Assembly: GCA_963747235.1 (NCBI GenBank)
Contig: CAVVEU010000033.1
Location: 64,001-128,000 of the forward strand
DNA: 64,000 bases
Reading direction: 5' to 3'
From: an uncultured Candidatus Rokubacteria bacterium
Lineage (GTDB): Bacteria; Methylomirabilota; Methylomirabilia; Rokubacteriales; CSP1-6
In this document: in pieces, positions 60,144-64,000 of the stretch
How the letters are laid out: every line of letters starts with the position of its first letter
Numbering within the stretch: position 1 is the first letter of the stretch
Made by a program: the position numbers and the translations under genes
The notes under the pieces: generated by a model
What the model saw: the letters and a program-made list of their open reading frames with translations, nothing else
What the model was told of the DNA's origin: nothing
Database searches by the model: none

Positions 60144-61021
60144 TGGTAGTGCACCCGGCGGTCCAGCAGCAGGAACTGGCCGAGCGCCACCGCGGCCAGG
60201 ATCACCAGCAGCACCAGGGTCAGCGCCGCCGCGTAGGCCTGGTCCCAGAACTTGAAGCCGACATCGTAGATGTAATAGAGCAGGAGCGCGGTGGTGTTGT
60301 CGGGCCCGCCCTTGGTCATCACCACGATGTGATCCACGAGCCGGAACGAGTTGATCACCGCGTTGACCAGCACGAAGAGCGTGGTCGGCATCAGCAGCGG
60401 GAACGTCACCCGGCGGAAGAAGTACCAGCGGCTCGCGCCCATGAGGGACGCCGCCTCGCCCAGATTCGGCGAGAGCGACTGGAGCGCGGCCAGGTAGAAG
60501 ATCATGAAGAAGCCCGCCTCCTTCCACACCGTCACCACCACCAGGCAGCCCAGCGCGGTCTCGCGGCTGCCGAGCCAGTTGTGGCTCGGCAGCCCGAAGA
60601 GCCCGGTGATCTGCTCGAGCAGGCCATAGCCCGGCGTGTAGAAGAAGAGCCAGATGTTCGCCACCGCGATCATCGGCAGCACGGTCGGCGTGAAGAAGGC
60701 CAGGCGCAGCAACCCCCGCCCCGCGATCCGCCCGTTCACCCACACCGCCATCAGGAGCGCCAGCGCCACCGACACCGGAATGGTCCCCACCGCGAACCAG
60801 AAGTTGTTCCCCAGCGCCTGCCAGAACACCGGATCCTCGACCATCGCCTGATAGTTGTCGAGCCCCACCCACACCCCGGGCCGTCCCGCCTTCGGATTGG
60901 AGAACAAGCTCGTGTAAATGGTCGCCGCCACCGGAAAGTGCGTGAACGTCACCAGCAGCACCGCCGCCGGCATCAGCAGCAGCCACCCGATCACATGCAC
61001 CCGCCACGCGTGCGACATCAC
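60140..61021 (-). CDS. UgpA-like ABC permease
   Basis: WVGLDNY, WKEAGFFMIFYLAALQ, MTKGGPDN. Confidence 0.9.
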   Translation of the reverse strand: MMSHAWRVHVIGWLLLMPAAVLLVTFTHFPVAATIYTSLFSNPKAGRPGVWVGLDNYQAMVEDPVFWQALGNNFWFAVGTIPVSVALALLMAVWVNGRIAGRGLLRLAFFTPTVLPMIAVANIWLFFYTPGYGLLEQITGLFGLPSHNWLGSRETALGCLVVVTVWKEAGFFMIFYLAALQSLSPNLGEAASLMGASRWYFFRRVTFPLLMPTTLFVLVNAVINSFRLVDHIVVMTKGGPDNTTALLLYYIYDVGFKFWDQAYAAALTLVLLVILAAVALGQFLLLDRRVHYQ

Positions 61022-61096
61022 GACATCGAGCGCCAGAACCGTGGGCGCCGGGCGGGGGCGGCGGGCCCGATTCGATGATCATCTTTAGACATCCGA

Positions 61097-61265
61097 GTGC
61101 GGCGGGCGGGGCCGGGGGCGGGGCGGGCCTCCCGGGAACCGTGTCTTCTGCGCGTCGCCGAAGTCGCGCGCCCCCATCTCGTGGCCCGTCATGAGTGCAG
61201 GTCACGGGTCGCGAGTCAGCGTGTTCCCGGGAGGCCCGCCCCGCCCCCGGCCCCGCTCGCCGCAC
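61097..61265. repeat. Long rod-like inverted-repeat element, divergent copy 3
   Basis: 43-bp arms (61097-61139 / 61223-61265, one G.T), 83-nt core containing GTCTTCTGCG as in copy 1. Confidence 0.8.
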
Positions 61266-61270
61266 GCCCC

Positions 61271-62572
61271 TCACCGCCGATAGGGCCGCAAGATGCGGTC
61301 GGCCTCGCGCTGCGCGTCCTTCATGGCCTGGTCGGCCGACTTGGCTCCGGTGAGCGCGGCCTGCAGCCCGTCGTTCAGCGCCTTGGTCACGCGCTGGTTG
61401 TCGTGCGTGGAGAGCTCGGCCACCGCGTGCGGGAGCTGATCGCGCGCCACCGCGGCGGCGGCGAAGCCCGCCACGTACTGCTTCATCGCCGGCGTCTCCC
61501 ACGCGTCCGGCCGCACCGCCACGTAGCCGGTGTCGATGCCCCACTGCGCGGCCCGCTGGGGCGACGTGATCCACTTGATGAACCGGAGCGAGGCGGCCTG
61601 CTGGGCGGGCGTGCTCTTCTTGAAGATGTGGAAGTTGCCGCCGCCGGTCGGCGAGCCGCGCCGCTTGCCCGCGGGCAGCATCGCCACGCCGAACTCGAAC
61701 TTGGCGTTGTTCTTCACGTTGGTGAGGTTGCCGGTGGTCGTCCACATCATGGCGGTCTTGCGCTCGAAGAAGTCCTTCGGCGTGGTGCCCCATTCGATGA
61801 TCCCGGTCGGCATGACCTTGTGCTTGCCGCTCAGGTCCACCCAGTACTGGAGCGCTTCCACCACCGCCGGCTTGTCGTAGTAGGTCTCGTTGCCGGCCTG
61901 GTTCATCAGCAGCACGTCGTTCTGGGTGGTGAAGCCCTGGAAGAGCCAGTACGGGAAGCCGGACGACGGCACCTCGAGCCCCCACTGGGTGACGTTGCCG
62001 CTGCCGTCGCGCTTGGTCAGCTTCCGGGCGTAGTCGACCTGCTCGGCCCAGGTGGCGGGCGGCCTGTTGGGGTCGAGCCCGGCCTCCTTGAAGGCCTCCT
62101 TGTTCCAGTACAGCACGATGGTGGAGCGCTGGAACGGGATGCCCCAGGTCTTGCCCCCGGTCTGGCTGTTGAGCATGAACGCGGGGAAGAAGCTCTTGAG
62201 CCAGGCCTGGTCCTCGGCGCTCGTGGCCATCGCGTCGAAGGGCACGATCGCGTCCTCGTCGATCAGCGTGAACATGTCGGTGGAGAGCAGCACCGACATC
62301 TGCGGCGGCTCGCCGCTCTTGAGCGCGGTGAGCACCTTGACGATCGTCTCCTGGTAGGTGCCGGCGTAGATCGGCTTCACCCGGATGCCCGGGTTCTCCT
62401 TCTCGAAGTCGGCGGCCAGGCCGTCGATGATCTTGGTCACCGGCCCGCCCACCGCGACCGGGTAGTAGAAGGTGAGCTCCACCGGGGCCTGGGCGCCCGC
62501 GGGGACCGCGCCGCCTGCGAAGGCGGCGAGCAGGATCGCCGCGGTGAGCCATCCGAGCATGCGTCTCGTCAT
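61271..62572 (-). CDS. UgpB-like ABC substrate-binding protein
   Basis: Signal peptide, YYPVAVGG, GIPFQRST, PTGGGN, TGYVA; GAGGAGG RBS. Confidence 0.9.
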   Translation of the reverse strand: MTRRMLGWLTAAILLAAFAGGAVPAGAQAPVELTFYYPVAVGGPVTKIIDGLAADFEKENPGIRVKPIYAGTYQETIVKVLTALKSGEPPQMSVLLSTDMFTLIDEDAIVPFDAMATSAEDQAWLKSFFPAFMLNSQTGGKTWGIPFQRSTIVLYWNKEAFKEAGLDPNRPPATWAEQVDYARKLTKRDGSGNVTQWGLEVPSSGFPYWLFQGFTTQNDVLLMNQAGNETYYDKPAVVEALQYWVDLSGKHKVMPTGIIEWGTTPKDFFERKTAMMWTTTGNLTNVKNNAKFEFGVAMLPAGKRRGSPTGGGNFHIFKKSTPAQQAASLRFIKWITSPQRAAQWGIDTGYVAVRPDAWETPAMKQYVAGFAAAAVARDQLPHAVAELSTHDNQRVTKALNDGLQAALTGAKSADQAMKDAQREADRILRPYRR

Positions 62573-62584
62573 GAGTGGCCTCCT

Positions 62585-63674
62585 CGTCATCGAGCAGATG
62601 GTTGGAACAACGGGCGCGCCGCTGCGACGGCTCCCGCTCTGGGCATCGAACACGTGCGTGGCGTCCGGGCTCCACGAGAGCCGGACCGGCGCGCCGGGGG
62701 ACAGCGCGACGCGCCCCGGCGCCCGCACCGCGAGGGTCTGGCTCCCCACCGCGCAGGTCACGATCGAATCGGCGCCGAGGTACTCGACGCTCTTCACGGT
62801 CGCGCCCACCCCGTCGCCGCTCGCCCGCTCGTCCAGGTGGATGTCCTCGGGGCGGATGCCGAGCAGCAGCCCCGTCCCCCGCCCCGCGAGCAGCGGCGGC
62901 CCCGCGGTGCCGCCAATCACCGCGCCGCCCGCGCCGTCGGCCAGCGTGAGGATGTTCATGGGCGGCGTGCCGATGAAGCGGGCGGTGAAGGCGGTGGCGG
63001 GCCGCGCGTAGAGCCGGTCGGGCGGCGCGTCCTGCTCGACGCGGCCGTCGCGGAGCAGGATCACCTGGTCGGCCATGCTCATGGCCTCGGTCTGGTCGTG
63101 CGTCACGTAGACCATGGTGATGCCGAGGCTCTGCTGGAGCGACCGGATCTCGCGGCGCATCTCGAGGCGGAGCTGGGCGTCCAGGTTCGAGAGCGGCTCG
63201 TCCATCAGGCACACCGGCGTCTCCGCGATGAGAGCGCGGCCCAGCGCCACCCGCTGCTGCTGCCCGCCCGAGAGCTGCGACGGCTTGCGCGCGAGCAGCC
63301 CGTCGAGGCCCAGCAGGGTGGCCACGCGATCCAGGCGCTTGCGCGCGCTCGGCCGCGGCCACGCGCCGCACCCGCAGGCCGAAGATGATGTTCTCGGCCA
63401 CCGAGAGATGGGGAAAGAGCGCGTAGGACTGGAAGACCATGGAGAGCCGCCGCTCCGCCGGCGGCAGGTGGGTCACGTCCACGCCGCCGATGGCGATGCG
63501 CCCCGCGGTGGCGAGCTCGAGCCCGGCGATGAGCCGGAGCGTGGTGGACTTGCCGCAACCCGACGGTCCGAGCAGGACCAGCATCTTCCCGGCCGCGGCC
63601 TCGAAGCTCACGTCGTCCACCGCCCGCGTGGGGCCCCACCAGCGGCTCAGGTGCTCGACCGAGATCGCCGACAC
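62585..63674 (-). CDS. UgpC/MalK-like ABC ATPase; frameshifts, end approximate
   Basis: GPSGCGKST, VFQSYALFPH, LSGGQQQR, MDEPLSNLD. Confidence 0.9.
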
Positions 63675-63684
63675 GGCCGGCCTC

Positions 63685-64000
63685 CTAGGCTCCCACGCGC
63701 GCCGGCTCGAGCCCGAACAGGCGCGTCGCGTTCCGCCAGCGGACCGCGTCGCGGTCGGCCGGGGGCAGCTCGACGGCGGTCTGGCTCGGGCGGCCGATGA
63801 TGAGCGACATCACGAAGTCATCGTAATGCTCACCGGCCGGCAGATCACGTGACGGATGAGAAGAGCGGCCGGCCCAGCGCCTCGGCGGCGGCCAGCAGCG
63901 GGCCGCACGCCGGGTCGTCGAGATACCGGCGCCCGCCGGACGGGGCATCGCTCGGGCTGACGCCCACCATGCGCTCGAGCTCTCGCGCGGCCGCCGACTC
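63685..64000 (-). CDS. C-terminal fragment of a probable amidohydrolase-like gene (runs off the window)
   Basis: DLP...DRDAVRWRNATRLFGL resembles the amidohydrolase_2 C-terminus. Confidence 0.45.
   Translation of the reverse strand, partial: SRRPRESSSAWWASARAMPRPAGAGISTTRRAARCWPPPRRWAGRSSHPSRDLPAGEHYDDFVMSLIIGRPSQTAVELPPADRDAVRWRNATRLFGLEPARVGA

Noticed and set aside
61271-63325. Apparent ATPase-binding protein fusion (684 aa)
   Set aside because: The binding protein has its own GAGGAGG RBS, ATG and signal peptide; the fusion is best explained by an indel
59283-63674. 1463-aa ORF spanning the Ugp-like operon
   Set aside because: A chimera of real segments and shadow frames

Overview
This is a very GC-rich chromosomal window packed with metabolic and transport genes. 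Gene content and repeat types suggest a Candidatus Rokubacteria/Methylomirabilota-like soil bacterium; that is an inference and was not verified. More than 20 genes are broken by 1-bp frameshifts, which looks like uncorrected long-read error rather than true pseudogenes. From left to right it contains: a cytoplasmic DMSO-reductase-family Mo enzyme; a divergent ergothioneine locus (Egt1-like egtB, egtD, a PRTase-motif ORF, a betaine-type ABC importer); leuA with a leucine leader-peptide attenuator; an RRM protein; glgC; 2-hydroxyacid dehydrogenases; a hydantoinase/oxoprolinase and deacetylase cluster; RND efflux; a Rieske oxygenase; a sigma54/IHF-type promoter before an MltD-like gene; SDRs, LLMs, an MFS and a fused ABC exporter; TauD and PhyH dioxygenases with a sugar ABC system; a flavin halogenase-like gene; DinB paralogs; a proline-rich secreted-protein cluster; and a Ugp-like ABC operon. 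I found no rRNA, tRNA, CRISPR array, integrase or transposase. The most novel-looking signal is a dispersed ~165-180-nt rod-like element with 34-43-bp arms. Two copies share a ~96-nt core with compensatory substitutions, and several other palindromic repeat families also occur.
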